DNA from: Bdellovibrionales bacterium
GTDB lineage: Bacteria > Bdellovibrionota > Bdellovibrionia > Bdellovibrionales > JAGQZY01
Assembly (NCBI GenBank): GCA_031429075.1
Contig: JANOYW010000019.1
Span: 10,952 to 74,951 of the forward strand
Length of the DNA stretch: 64,000 bases
Direction of reading: 5' to 3'
The notes beneath the pieces were generated by a model. The model saw only the letters and a list, made by a program, of their open reading frames with translations. It was not told the DNA's origin and did no database searches. The position numbers were made by a program, and so were the translations under genes. Below are positions 1-9,141 of the stretch, piece after piece. Position 1 is the first letter of the stretch. Every line of letters begins with the position of its first letter.

Positions 1-323
1 ATTCCCTGACTGCGGATAGGCTCTATAATCGCGTTCATATCTTCGACACGATGCTGTCCATCCGCATCAAACCAGACAATGATAGGGCGAGTGGACTTAC
101 GCATCCCGGTTTTGAGGGAGGCGCCGTACCCTTTATTATAAGCATGTTGAATTAATTTGATACCCGGAACCTGATTCGCCGACGCGGCCGTCGTATCGCT
201 TGAGCCATCATCAATGACGATGACTTCGGCATCGGGGCAGTTTTCTTTAAGCAGAATCAATGTTTTTTGAATATTTTGTTCTTCGTTGAATGCCGGAATG
301 ATGATGCTGACATCCGAGTACAT
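1..323 (-). CDS. Glycosyltransferase family 2, 5' part only (gene runs off the left edge)
   Basis: Own translation of the minus strand from ATG at 321-323: MYSDVSIIIPAFNEEQNIQKTL...VIVIDDGSSDTT...WFDADGQH. This is a typical GT2 N-terminus with DDGS and DxD motifs. The ATG shares one base with the TAA of the upstream gene (TAATG). Confidence 0.75.
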   Translation of the reverse strand, partial: MYSDVSIIIPAFNEEQNIQKTLILLKENCPDAEVIVIDDGSSDTTAASANQVPGIKLIQHAYNKGYGASLKTGMRKSTRPIIVWFDADGQHRVEDMNAIIEPIRSQG

Positions 324-1072
324 TATTGTACTTTCTTAAATATTAAAATTTCATTGAGCGCCCATTGCGTCCAAATTTTGTGGGTTCCTTGATAGGTCAA
401 TCCCGCTTTTTTACAGGCTGATTCAATCTCTTCGAAGGACACTGTATAGCGCTCGTCCTCTTCCATCCCACGGTCGGAATCCATATCGTAATATTCTTTT
501 GAAACCGCAGACTGCACCTTCACCCAATTATGGGTTAAAAACGAAATAACCAATCCGATGCGAGTCATAACAAGCTCGCCGTCTTTTTTTAAAACTCTGC
601 CAATCTCTTTAATTTCGTCTTCAAAAACAGATTTTGGAATGTGATTTATATTCGCAATTAAAGTTACTGTGTCGAAGCTGGCGTCGGTAAACGGAAATTT
701 TTTAGGGTCTTTAATTACCTGACTCGCTTTGAGACCTTCGTAATCATGAAAATCGACGCTCTGGCCATTTCCGTTTAAAAAATAGCGATTGAAGATATCC
801 CCTGGTCCGCAACCGATGTCTAAAACATGACCTTTGCAAAAGCGTCGCACATTCATCATGCGCTCGTCGCGTAAACAAAAAAACGTCGATGAGCTTTTGT
901 TTGGGTTTTGAATCACTGCGCGATAAGGAAACAAAACCGTATTGAAAACTTTTTCCAAGCCAGAGCTAAAATTTGTTTTGATGTAATCTGGGTCTTTGTA
1001 CAGGTTTAGACTCTTGTTAAGTTTTGGATTTGCTTCAAAAAAAAATCTAATTCTATTTACGTTCTGGGTCAA
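323..1072 (-). CDS. Class I SAM-dependent methyltransferase
   Basis: 249-aa ORF with SAM-binding motif I VLDIGCGPGD. It is coupled to the downstream GT2 by a 1-nt overlap. Confidence 0.7.
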   Translation of the reverse strand: MTQNVNRIRFFFEANPKLNKSLNLYKDPDYIKTNFSSGLEKVFNTVLFPYRAVIQNPNKSSSTFFCLRDERMMNVRRFCKGHVLDIGCGPGDIFNRYFLNGNGQSVDFHDYEGLKASQVIKDPKKFPFTDASFDTVTLIANINHIPKSVFEDEIKEIGRVLKKDGELVMTRIGLVISFLTHNWVKVQSAVSKEYYDMDSDRGMEEDERYTVSFEEIESACKKAGLTYQGTHKIWTQWALNEILIFKKVQ

Positions 1073-1096
1073 ATCTAATATAGACTTGTCCTAACC

Positions 1097-1903
1097 ATGA
1101 AACCTTTGACGACTCGAGACAAAACCATTCAAGACTTCGGTGATCAATGGACCACTTACCAGGCAAACGTGGGCTATTACGCTTCTGTGGAGTTTTTAAA
1201 AGATATCCTTGGTCCCCACTATGACGCTCACTTTTTTATGGGAAAAACAGTACTCGATGTGGGAGCGGGAACAGGAAGAATTGCCGCTATGCTTATTGCC
1301 TCGGGGGTGGCCAAGGTGGTTGCCATTGAACCTTCAAAAGCTTTCTCCGTTCTCAAAAAAAACTTAGAACCTCACGGAGATAAGGTGATGGCAGTGCAAT
1401 GTCGTGGCGACGAAATTTCCTTGAAGGACATGGACACTGCGGTCTGCATTGGTGTTCTGCACCATATTCCCGAGCCCGGTCCGGTGTTAGATGCTATTTT
1501 CAACTCGCTGAAGCCCGGCGGCCACTTTATTTTGTGGGTCTATGGCTATGAAGGAAATCAAGTCTACTTGCGGTTGGCAAATTTTCTAAGAGTGTTTACA
1601 ACTCGCAGTCCGCATTGGTTGTTGGCGGGGTTATCCCACGGCCTTGGTTGCTTACTTACGTTTTACGCCCATTTGTGCCGATGGCTTCCGCTTCCCATGA
1701 ATGCTTATATGAAAGATGTGATTTTAAAAATACATTATCGTGCACGAGTTCTTGTTGTTTATGATCAGCTGAATCCCGCTTATGCAAAATACTACAAAGA
1801 AAAAGATATCAGAAGTCTCTTAGAAAACCACCAATTCGAAATTGATGAACTTTATCATCGACATGGCTACAGCTGGACGCTGGTCGCCCGTAAGCCCAAT
1901 TAA
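1097..1903 (+). CDS. Class I SAM-dependent methyltransferase
   Basis: 268-aa ORF with motif I VLDVGAGTGRIAAML and motif II-like AVCIGVLHHIPEP. Confidence 0.7.
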   Translation: MKPLTTRDKTIQDFGDQWTTYQANVGYYASVEFLKDILGPHYDAHFFMGKTVLDVGAGTGRIAAMLIASGVAKVVAIEPSKAFSVLKKNLEPHGDKVMAVQCRGDEISLKDMDTAVCIGVLHHIPEPGPVLDAIFNSLKPGGHFILWVYGYEGNQVYLRLANFLRVFTTRSPHWLLAGLSHGLGCLLTFYAHLCRWLPLPMNAYMKDVILKIHYRARVLVVYDQLNPAYAKYYKEKDIRSLLENHQFEIDELYHRHGYSWTLVARKPN

Positions 1904-2754
1904 TTATTTCCGTGGATTTTCCAAAGCTGGTTGAGCGTCGTGAGTAAATCATCCATCTGATTCAATGGAAGACTGCTTGGACCATCACAGAGGGCTTTAT
2001 CTGGGTTTGGATGCGTTTCGATAAACAATCCATCCACGCCCACAGCCATGGCCGCTTTCGCAAGCACTGGGATCATATCAGAACGTCCACCGCTAGCCAC
2101 ACCAGAGGCTCCAGGCAATTGCGTAGAATGGGACGCATCCATGATCACAGGCACACCGAGAGAGCGCATATCCACTAAACCCATCATGTCGTTGACGAGA
2201 CGATTGTAGCCAAATGTGGTTCCACGCTCGCACAGAAGTATTTTATCGTTTCCGGTACTTTTGATTTTATCTACAACCGATTTCATATCCCACGGCGCCA
2301 AAAACTGGCCTTTTTTGACGTGCACGATTTTTTGCGTTTCGCCCACAGCCACCACGAGGTCCGTTTGGCGACACAAAAATGCTGGAATTTGAATCACATC
2401 GGCCACTTCTGCTACCATCGGAACTTGCCAGGTCTCGTGAACATCCGTTAAAACCGGAGCTCCCACCTTGGCTTTAATTCTGGCTAACATCTGCAAGCTT
2501 TCTTTCACACCGTGACCACGAAAGCTCGTTCCGCTGGTGCGATTGGCTTTGTCGAAGGAGCATTTTAAAAACCAATTAACATTGTGTTTGGCCGCTAGCT
2601 TTTTCAGTTCTTGAGCGACCTCAAGAACCATTCCCTCGTCTTCGACTATATCCGGTCCCGAAAAGAGAGACCATTTTTTGCAATCTCCCCACGTATAGGT
2701 TTGATCTTGATACTGATAAGAAAAAGGCTTTGCGAGAGGCTTAAATTTGTACAT
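1900..2754 (-). CDS. kdsA: 3-deoxy-8-phosphooctulonate (KDO8P) synthase
   Basis: 284 aa. KdsA signature stretches are present: KCSFDKANRTS, LTDVHE, IQIPAFLCRQTDL, KKGQF, DASHS and GLFIETHPNP. Confidence 0.85.
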   Translation of the reverse strand: MYKFKPLAKPFSYQYQDQTYTWGDCKKWSLFSGPDIVEDEGMVLEVAQELKKLAAKHNVNWFLKCSFDKANRTSGTSFRGHGVKESLQMLARIKAKVGAPVLTDVHETWQVPMVAEVADVIQIPAFLCRQTDLVVAVGETQKIVHVKKGQFLAPWDMKSVVDKIKSTGNDKILLCERGTTFGYNRLVNDMMGLVDMRSLGVPVIMDASHSTQLPGASGVASGGRSDMIPVLAKAAMAVGVDGLFIETHPNPDKALCDGPSSLPLNQMDDLLTTLNQLWKIHGNN

Positions 2755-2825
2755 GGTATTTTAGTACTCTTTGTTGTTGCGATTCGCAAGTCATGTGCGG
2801 GCCATTGGGCGCGTGCCGCTTTGTG

Positions 2826-3953
2826 TTATTTTTTCAGTTTCTCGAGCACTAGATGTACTCTTTCGCTCATCTTGGGATTGTCTTTTTGCCACTGCAAATG
2901 TTGCTGCTGATGAGCTAGCAACTTTTCGTCGACATTTTGCACGGTCACGATGGCGTGACTTCCCTCGGGCTTCAAAAGATCACGAAGCAAAATCGCTCCC
3001 AGGGCCGGCTTAAAATGGGCCACTTCGTAATAGTACTTCATATCCTGGCCCAGCGGCTCAGTCGTGAATTCGTTGTACGTGGAAAAATCATAAATCGGCG
3101 CCATTTTTACAAGCTCGCGCTTCCACTCCTCCCAATCGGGCCACAGCCCAAGTTGCAAAAGTAATTCCTGCATCACTGGGTGCGTGGGAGTGATAAAGAT
3201 TTTTAATTCGATCGATGTGTCCTTGCAAAAAGCGATAATATTTTGCAACTGCTCTAAGTTTTGTTGGGAAATTTTATAGTTTTTAAAGACATCGGTTTCA
3301 CTAGCGTAGGTTGTCAAAAGCTGATCCGACACGCGGTCCACTTCGTTAAAGGGTGTGTAATCAAAAAAGGAAAAGTGTCCCTGTCTCGAATAAAAAACCA
3401 CATTGGTATTGTTGAGGTTATAAACCACCGTCTTGTAACTCTGAACGGCGGTATCCCAACTTAAACTCATTTTTAAAAACTTAGAAACAGCGTCCAAATA
3501 AATGGAAAGCGGATTCTTGCCTGAGATCGTGTATTCCACTTGCGATGGTCTTCGCAAGTGATTGAACATCATTAAATCCACGCCGATAAGTATTGTTTTG
3601 AGCTGCGGGTTCAATGCGTAAGCTGTTTTAATATTTAGAATGAGCTCTCCGGGTACAGCCCCGGGATAGGACCCATTAAACACTTTGGAATCGCCGATAT
3701 CTTCGGGCCTAAATCCCCTGTCCACACGGGAATTTCCAAGGATCAAAGTTTGAGAATTTAAATACAGCGGCTGGTACGATTTGTGAACTCTGCCAAAATT
3801 ATCTGTGGCTGGTTTCATGGCGTTAATTCTAGCAATGGGAATTCTCAGCGGAGAGATTTCATAGGGATCTATGAGCGCATTGTATACAAAGAACACGAGC
3901 AGCCCGAGTCCTGAGATTTTGATAGTTTTGCTAAGAAACAATTTATAATTCAT
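2826..3953 (-). CDS. N-terminally anchored SGNH/DltD/AlgJ-like protein, putative partner of the adjacent MBOAT
   Basis: 375 aa with one N-terminal TM helix. It has a GNSR block-I-like motif (LILGNSRV) and a late ExxH (YYEVAHF). It lies 8 nt downstream of the MBOAT gene, the usual MBOAT-partner layout. Confidence 0.4.
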   Translation of the reverse strand: MNYKLFLSKTIKISGLGLLVFFVYNALIDPYEISPLRIPIARINAMKPATDNFGRVHKSYQPLYLNSQTLILGNSRVDRGFRPEDIGDSKVFNGSYPGAVPGELILNIKTAYALNPQLKTILIGVDLMMFNHLRRPSQVEYTISGKNPLSIYLDAVSKFLKMSLSWDTAVQSYKTVVYNLNNTNVVFYSRQGHFSFFDYTPFNEVDRVSDQLLTTYASETDVFKNYKISQQNLEQLQNIIAFCKDTSIELKIFITPTHPVMQELLLQLGLWPDWEEWKRELVKMAPIYDFSTYNEFTTEPLGQDMKYYYEVAHFKPALGAILLRDLLKPEGSHAIVTVQNVDEKLLAHQQQHLQWQKDNPKMSERVHLVLEKLKK

Positions 3954-3961
3954 GCAGCTTT

Positions 3962-5428
3962 CTAAAATTGAAAATACAAAAACGGACTCACACGACTCAA
4001 AAACACAACAGAGAAGAAAAATAAAACAGAAACACCCATTGCCATCAGGTAAGGGCTGCTTTGGTCAAAATAAAATCTGACTTTTTGCACCTCCTTATTA
4101 AAATCCTGGTACTGAAAGATCTGTGAAACATTTGGCAAACACCAAGTGATAAATATCAGCACAGCAAAAAGTGGCGCATGATTTATGCTCACGGCTGATT
4201 TTAAAACCATAAAGTGCATGGAAAGAGATTTTCCACCGAGGGCTGTGGATAAAATATGGGTCGCAGAAAGTAGATTTGGAGCTCTAAAAAACACCCAAGC
4301 GACGCACACAGCAACAAACGTAACTGCCGTAAATAGCCCGGTGCGGATTGTGGCGGATCGATCGCTGCCCGCAAATTTAAAACCGCGCTGAAAGGCATGG
4401 TTTATAATCAAATAAGTCCCGTGCAGTCCGCCCCAAATAATAAAGTTCCAACCCGCTCCATGCCATAACCCGCCAAGAAGCATCACAATCATTAAGTTTA
4501 AATATCGTCTTGTTCCTCCGGTGCGACTACCGCCGAGTGGAATGTAAAGATAATCTCGTAAAAATTTAGACAACGTCATATGCCAGCATCGCCAAAACTC
4601 GATGATGTTTGCAGATTTGTAAGGGGAATAGAAATTGAGCGGTAGCTCAATGCCAAACATCAGTGCAAGACCGATAGCCATGTCTGAATAACCCGAAAAA
4701 TCGTAATAAATTTGGAAAGCGTAGGCAAACGTTCCCACCCAGGCGTCCGCAAAGGTCATAGACGTGGCGGTGGCATTGGTAAACAACACGTCGGAGATGG
4801 GAGAGATATGATCCGCCAAAACCACTTTTTTAAAAAGACCAATAATAAAGATGGCCCAGCCCGCCGCTAGCATTTTATCGGAAATATAATTCGTCGTTTT
4901 CGATTTTTCAAACTGCGGTACCATTTGTAGGTAATGGGTGATGGGGCCCGCCAGCAAATGGGGAAAAAACGTCAGATACAAAACGTAGTTTAAAAACTGA
5001 CTGTTTTTGAGTTTGCCACTAAAAATGTCACACAAATACGTAATCTGCTGAAAAGTAAAAAACGAAATGCCCAAGGGCAAAAATAAATTTAAAAGCGAAA
5101 GCTTGTTTTCAACAAACAGATTTACATTCTCGATGAAAAAGTTGCTGTATTTGTAATAGATGATAATTAAAAGATTAAAAACGATGCCGGTAACCAAAAT
5201 GTGTTTTCGAGGAAACTTTTGCAAAACTTTACCGATAGCAAAATTGACAAGAATGGACGCCATCAAAAGCGTTAAATAGGCCATCGACCAATAGCCGTAA
5301 AAAAACAGTGAGGCTAAAACTAAAAAACTAAAAGCCGTACGTGGAAAATTCTTGCGGATTAAGAAGTGATAAACAATCCAAACAACAGGCAAAAAAAGAA
5401 AAATAAATTCAAAAGAGTTAAATAACAA
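3962..5428 (-). CDS. MBOAT-family membrane O-acyltransferase (AlgI/DltB/PatA-like)
   Basis: 488 aa and polytopic. It carries the hallmark segment EFWRCWHMTLSKFLRDYLYIPLGG with the catalytic His, plus GLWHGAGWNF. Confidence 0.85.
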   Translation of the reverse strand: MLFNSFEFIFLFLPVVWIVYHFLIRKNFPRTAFSFLVLASLFFYGYWSMAYLTLLMASILVNFAIGKVLQKFPRKHILVTGIVFNLLIIIYYKYSNFFIENVNLFVENKLSLLNLFLPLGISFFTFQQITYLCDIFSGKLKNSQFLNYVLYLTFFPHLLAGPITHYLQMVPQFEKSKTTNYISDKMLAAGWAIFIIGLFKKVVLADHISPISDVLFTNATATSMTFADAWVGTFAYAFQIYYDFSGYSDMAIGLALMFGIELPLNFYSPYKSANIIEFWRCWHMTLSKFLRDYLYIPLGGSRTGGTRRYLNLMIVMLLGGLWHGAGWNFIIWGGLHGTYLIINHAFQRGFKFAGSDRSATIRTGLFTAVTFVAVCVAWVFFRAPNLLSATHILSTALGGKSLSMHFMVLKSAVSINHAPLFAVLIFITWCLPNVSQIFQYQDFNKEVQKVRFYFDQSSPYLMAMGVSVLFFFSVVFLSRVSPFLYFQF

Positions 5429-5437
5429 CTAACCCTC

Positions 5438-6250
5438 TCAAACTTGTGTTGTGATATTTTTGAATTTCAAAAAAAGGGATTTCGCTTTTTGCTTAAAATA
5501 CGAAGCACCTAAGGTGGCCTTAATGGCTGCGTCTTTTTCCATCTTCTCTTTGTAAAGAGTCGAATGGGCTTTGCTTTTTTCATGCTCCGGTCGGCCATTT
5601 GAGTAGTAGTACATTGCGATTGAGCGCCGTCGTCGACCTTCAGGACAATTTAACGGCTCCGGATGACCATGGAAGGCCGTATCTGTCGTGTTGAACAAAA
5701 CGACGCGGTTAAAGATTGGGGCGATTTTCTTTTTGCATCCTTTGAGATCTTTATCCCAAAGTTCAAGGTGCCCACCGTACTCTTCCTTCCAATCTTTGTT
5801 AAGATAAACTAACAAGTTGATTCTGCGGTCTAATTTGAGAGTGTTATGAAAATTAAAATCAGCGTGAATTTTTAAAAATCCACCACGTTCAATTTGATGC
5901 AAACCGCCGCCCAAAAGATGGGGATCTGGTATTAAACCGTCGATGCCGGTCATTTGCTCAATAAAGCGCAAAAATGGCGAAGAATTCATCTGATAGATGA
6001 GTTCACGAGTCAGATTTCCAAGCTGTTCTTCTGAAGAATTGGCTAATTTTTCGCTGTACTGGTGCTTATAGCTTTTCCAACGATCGGACTCTATCTCAGG
6101 AAACTCGTTGAGCACGGACTCGAGAACTGGTGCATCAAAAAAATTATCAATCACAATGTGAGGAAATGGATCAGCATTCATGTAAATCTCTCTATTTTCA
6201 GATCCAATTTGCTGCAACTTGTTCAAAGTAAATAGATAGCCTGCTGACAT
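5438..6250 (-). CDS. 2OG-Fe(II) oxygenase family protein
   Basis: HxD...H iron triad (KIHADF ... FHGHPEP) in a prolyl-hydroxylase-like context (RINLLVYLNKDW..GGHLELW). Start chosen at the ATG at 6250, preceded by AAGGAG (6257-6262) at 6-nt spacing. The ORF track begins at an upstream TTG (6274). Confidence 0.65.
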   Translation of the reverse strand: MSAGYLFTLNKLQQIGSENREIYMNADPFPHIVIDNFFDAPVLESVLNEFPEIESDRWKSYKHQYSEKLANSSEEQLGNLTRELIYQMNSSPFLRFIEQMTGIDGLIPDPHLLGGGLHQIERGGFLKIHADFNFHNTLKLDRRINLLVYLNKDWKEEYGGHLELWDKDLKGCKKKIAPIFNRVVLFNTTDTAFHGHPEPLNCPEGRRRRSIAMYYYSNGRPEHEKSKAHSTLYKEKMEKDAAIKATLGASYFKQKAKSLFLKFKNITTQV

Positions 6251-6361
6251 TTTCATCTCCTTAAGAGGGACCAAAAAATTTATAGTTGCGCAATGGTGCA
6301 GTCAATAATAGTCTCTAGCGCGTTGCGCACAGCTCGTATTCGATTATAAGGGTTTAAACCT

Positions 6362-7177
6362 ATGAAAACCGTTAAAGAACTTTATAACAAACACAACGGT
6401 TCCGATATCTATATTGTTGGAACTGGCGCCAGTATGCGTACGTTTCCCGTTGAGTTTTTAAAAGGCAAAATAACTATCGGTCTCAATATGGCTTGGAAGT
6501 TAACGCCTGTGACTTATTGCCTAACCACACGTCCAGAGCTAAATATCGCTGAGTTTATGCCGAGCGAGGCTGCCCACCCTGGCATCATCTGGATCACAAA
6601 ATTTGAGAAGTTGATCAACCAACAGCAAAGAAACCATGCTCTAGAAAACGATTATTATTTTTTTAAATCAAAGGCCGAAAACCAACCTGCGAAAATTGTG
6701 GACCACATTGACATCGTGGGACGAAATTTAAGCTGGGTGCGCAATCCAACCGAGGATTATCTTTACCTTTGGAGCTCGGTTTCGCAGACCGCGGTCAACC
6801 TAGCCGCAAACATGGGGGCCAAAAATATTATTCTCGTGGGTTGCGACAATGGAGCTCTTTCAAAGAATCACCATGCTCACCAGCAACACACTATGTGGAA
6901 GAACAAAAGTGCTGACGTCCGATATAACGAATACTACCAGGGTCTTGTTGAGGTGCGCGAGGCATTGAGAGCGAGAGGCGTATCAGTGACAAGCCTCACT
7001 CCTTTCCTGAGCCCCTTGGAACCTGAAAAAGACTTTCTTACTCTGTGTAAAGAGTTGAACGTTGAACAGTATATTGAAAACGAAAATATCGCTGACCGTT
7101 ATGAGATGCATGGAATTTTAGCATGGTTGCAAACAATTTACAGAAACTCCCGGCATTACCTAAAGTCCATAACCTAA
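6362..7177 (+). CDS. Hypothetical protein; DUF115/MAF- or GT42 sialyltransferase-like layout (putative ulosonic-acid transferase)
   Basis: 271 aa. N-terminal IYIVGTGAS (compare GNGPS of Cst/DUF115 proteins) and a later SVSQTAVNLAANMGAKNIILVGCDN block resemble sialyltransferase-fold proteins. This is pattern recognition only. Confidence 0.3.
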   Translation: MKTVKELYNKHNGSDIYIVGTGASMRTFPVEFLKGKITIGLNMAWKLTPVTYCLTTRPELNIAEFMPSEAAHPGIIWITKFEKLINQQQRNHALENDYYFFKSKAENQPAKIVDHIDIVGRNLSWVRNPTEDYLYLWSSVSQTAVNLAANMGAKNIILVGCDNGALSKNHHAHQQHTMWKNKSADVRYNEYYQGLVEVREALRARGVSVTSLTPFLSPLEPEKDFLTLCKELNVEQYIENENIADRYEMHGILAWLQTIYRNSRHYLKSIT

Positions 7178-7183
7178 GGGAAA

Positions 7184-8131
7184 ATGATGCAGAATATTCC
7201 CAGCACAATACTCAGTGCCTGCCCCTCGTGCGAGTCGACAAACTTGTTTAAGTGGGGCTCGTCCACCGACCGCGACATGAAGGTTTCTTCAGAGATGTTT
7301 AGCTACGAGGAATGCACAGCCTGTGGGGTTGTATTTCAAAATCCGCAAATTGCACCCCATTACATCAGCACTTTTTATCCCGTCCAGTATGCCCCCCATC
7401 GCTCACATGCCGCGAATAAAGAGTATGTGATTCCAAAGAACCCCCGCAAGATTGCAAGGTGGCCTTACACCAAACGTAAGCTGCTCTCGTTTGGAGAAGG
7501 TCACGGGCGAACGTTTTTAGACTACGGCTGTGGCTCCCCTGCCCACTTAGATGTGATGCGCGCCCTCGGCTGGAAAACCATTGGTGCTGATTTTTCCAAG
7601 GATTCCGTTGATGCGGTGGAGGCGAGCGGTCATCGGGGCATCCATACACTGGAGGACCTGAATTTAGAAAAAATCGAAGACCAAACTTTAGATCTCATAC
7701 TTTTGAATCACGTATTCGAGCACGTTTACAATCCAGTGGAACTGCTCCAGATTTTTTTAAAAAAACTCCGCCCTCAAGGGTTCATTCATTTGGTACTGCC
7801 CAATCCACAGGGTATCAGCTCTCGCTTATTTAAATCGTCGTGGTATGGCCTCGAAGCTCCGCGCCACATTATTCTTTACCCACCAAAGCGACTGTCGGAA
7901 TTGGGTCAATCGGTGGGTTTTCAATTTGCGGCTTTAGAGCATGAAAATATCGCCAAGGATTTTTCGCGAAGTTTTGGTTATGCCCTTCAGGACCTTGGAT
8001 TGCTAAAAAATGTACCGAGCCACGTCTTCTTAAATTCTCGGCTTTTAAATGCTCTTTTTAAACCCATAACCTCTCTGTTTTCGCGCCTTGGCAAAGGTGA
8101 CCGTTTTCATCTCACTCTTCAGAAGCCTTAA
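7184..8131 (+). CDS. SAM-dependent methyltransferase with N-terminal Cys4 zinc ribbon
   Basis: 315 aa with CPSC...CTAC ribbon, motif I FLDYGCGSP and LILLNHVFEHVYNP. The second ATG at 7187 is an alternative start. Confidence 0.65.
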   Translation: MMQNIPSTILSACPSCESTNLFKWGSSTDRDMKVSSEMFSYEECTACGVVFQNPQIAPHYISTFYPVQYAPHRSHAANKEYVIPKNPRKIARWPYTKRKLLSFGEGHGRTFLDYGCGSPAHLDVMRALGWKTIGADFSKDSVDAVEASGHRGIHTLEDLNLEKIEDQTLDLILLNHVFEHVYNPVELLQIFLKKLRPQGFIHLVLPNPQGISSRLFKSSWYGLEAPRHIILYPPKRLSELGQSVGFQFAALEHENIAKDFSRSFGYALQDLGLLKNVPSHVFLNSRLLNALFKPITSLFSRLGKGDRFHLTLQKP

Positions 8132-8172
8132 ATACATTAGACAGGGCTTAAAGTTCGTGAAATAAACAATTT

Positions 8173-9141
8173 ATGACTGATATCAGAGTGTTTATTCACA
8201 CCAATGAATCGCAGCTTTTGGGCGCCAAAGTGGCTGCCTACTCTTTTAAAAAACTGTCTGGTGGCAAAGTAACTGCAGATCTTATCGAACTTAAAAATCA
8301 CCCTGTTTTAACCTCAAAAGAAGGTCGCACTTATCTAAGAAAAGGCCGCAAAGCCACTTGGATCAATTCGGATCTTCAATCCTTTTCCCCTCTTCGGTTT
8401 CTACCGCCGCAGTTGATGTCGTACCAAGGCATCGCCATCGTCACCGATCCTGATGTTTTCGCAGTAAGTGCAGACATCGCAAAGCTCGGTGAGCTTTTTG
8501 ATTTTAATCAAAAGCCAATTTGGGCTCGTCAGGTGAACTCCGGTAAATACACGGGCTATGCAAAATCATTCTTTGGCACCAGCGTGATGTTATTAAACTG
8601 CGCTAAGCTCACCCATTGGAAGTGGGATGACGTGATCGAAAATCTATTTGCCAAAAAATTTGATTACGGCGATTGGATTGGTTTAAAACTCGAAGATCAA
8701 GCTAGCATTGGCATTTTGCCGGACGAATGGAATTCCTTTGATTACTTGGACGCAAACACCAAACTTCTGCACATGACAGAGCGTTCAACCCAGCCGTGGA
8801 AGACTGGTTTGGCGCGCGACTTCGACACCACAGGGGAGTTGACGTTGAAGCTTGGTACAAAGGCGATTTCGCCCGCTTTTATGTTTAGAAAATTTAAACA
8901 GCAAATGGGTTGGGTTGATTTTGAATCTGGAAATTTTTATAAACCCCATCCAGATCCCAACCAGCAAAAATTCTTTTTTCTGTTACTACTGGAGTGTTTG
9001 AAAGAGAATGTATTTGATGAAAAATATGTGCAGCACAACATCGAGCGCGGTTTTGTGAGACCTGATATCATGCGCGTGCTAGATACGGTTGCCACACAAG
9101 CTTTAGAAAAATCATCTTCCTTTCCTGTGACGAATCTTTAA
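8173..9141 (+). CDS. GT-A fold (GT8-like) nucleotide-sugar transferase, paralog A
   Basis: 322 aa with DxD motif in IAIVTDPDVFAV. It is clearly paralogous to the 15199-16050 product, with shared blocks SV(M)xxxC, LPxxWNS and TKLxHxTxxxTQPW. Confidence 0.45.
   Translation: MTDIRVFIHTNESQLLGAKVAAYSFKKLSGGKVTADLIELKNHPVLTSKEGRTYLRKGRKATWINSDLQSFSPLRFLPPQLMSYQGIAIVTDPDVFAVSADIAKLGELFDFNQKPIWARQVNSGKYTGYAKSFFGTSVMLLNCAKLTHWKWDDVIENLFAKKFDYGDWIGLKLEDQASIGILPDEWNSFDYLDANTKLLHMTERSTQPWKTGLARDFDTTGELTLKLGTKAISPAFMFRKFKQQMGWVDFESGNFYKPHPDPNQQKFFFLLLLECLKENVFDEKYVQHNIERGFVRPDIMRVLDTVATQALEKSSSFPVTNL

Noticed and set aside
4527-4534. GGCGGTAG (the ops/JUMPstart core recognised by RfaH) on the minus strand.
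   Set aside because: It lies inside the MBOAT coding sequence (codons for LGGSR), not in a 5' leader. An 8-mer is expected by chance about once or twice in 64 kb on two strands.
6285-6329. Two copies of GTTGCGCA 37 bp apart (the first within the palindrome TTGCGCAA) in the divergent promoter region between the oxygenase and the 6362 gene.
   Set aside because: The motif is short, occurs only twice and I could not link it to a known regulator. It may be a binding site, but the evidence is too thin to call.
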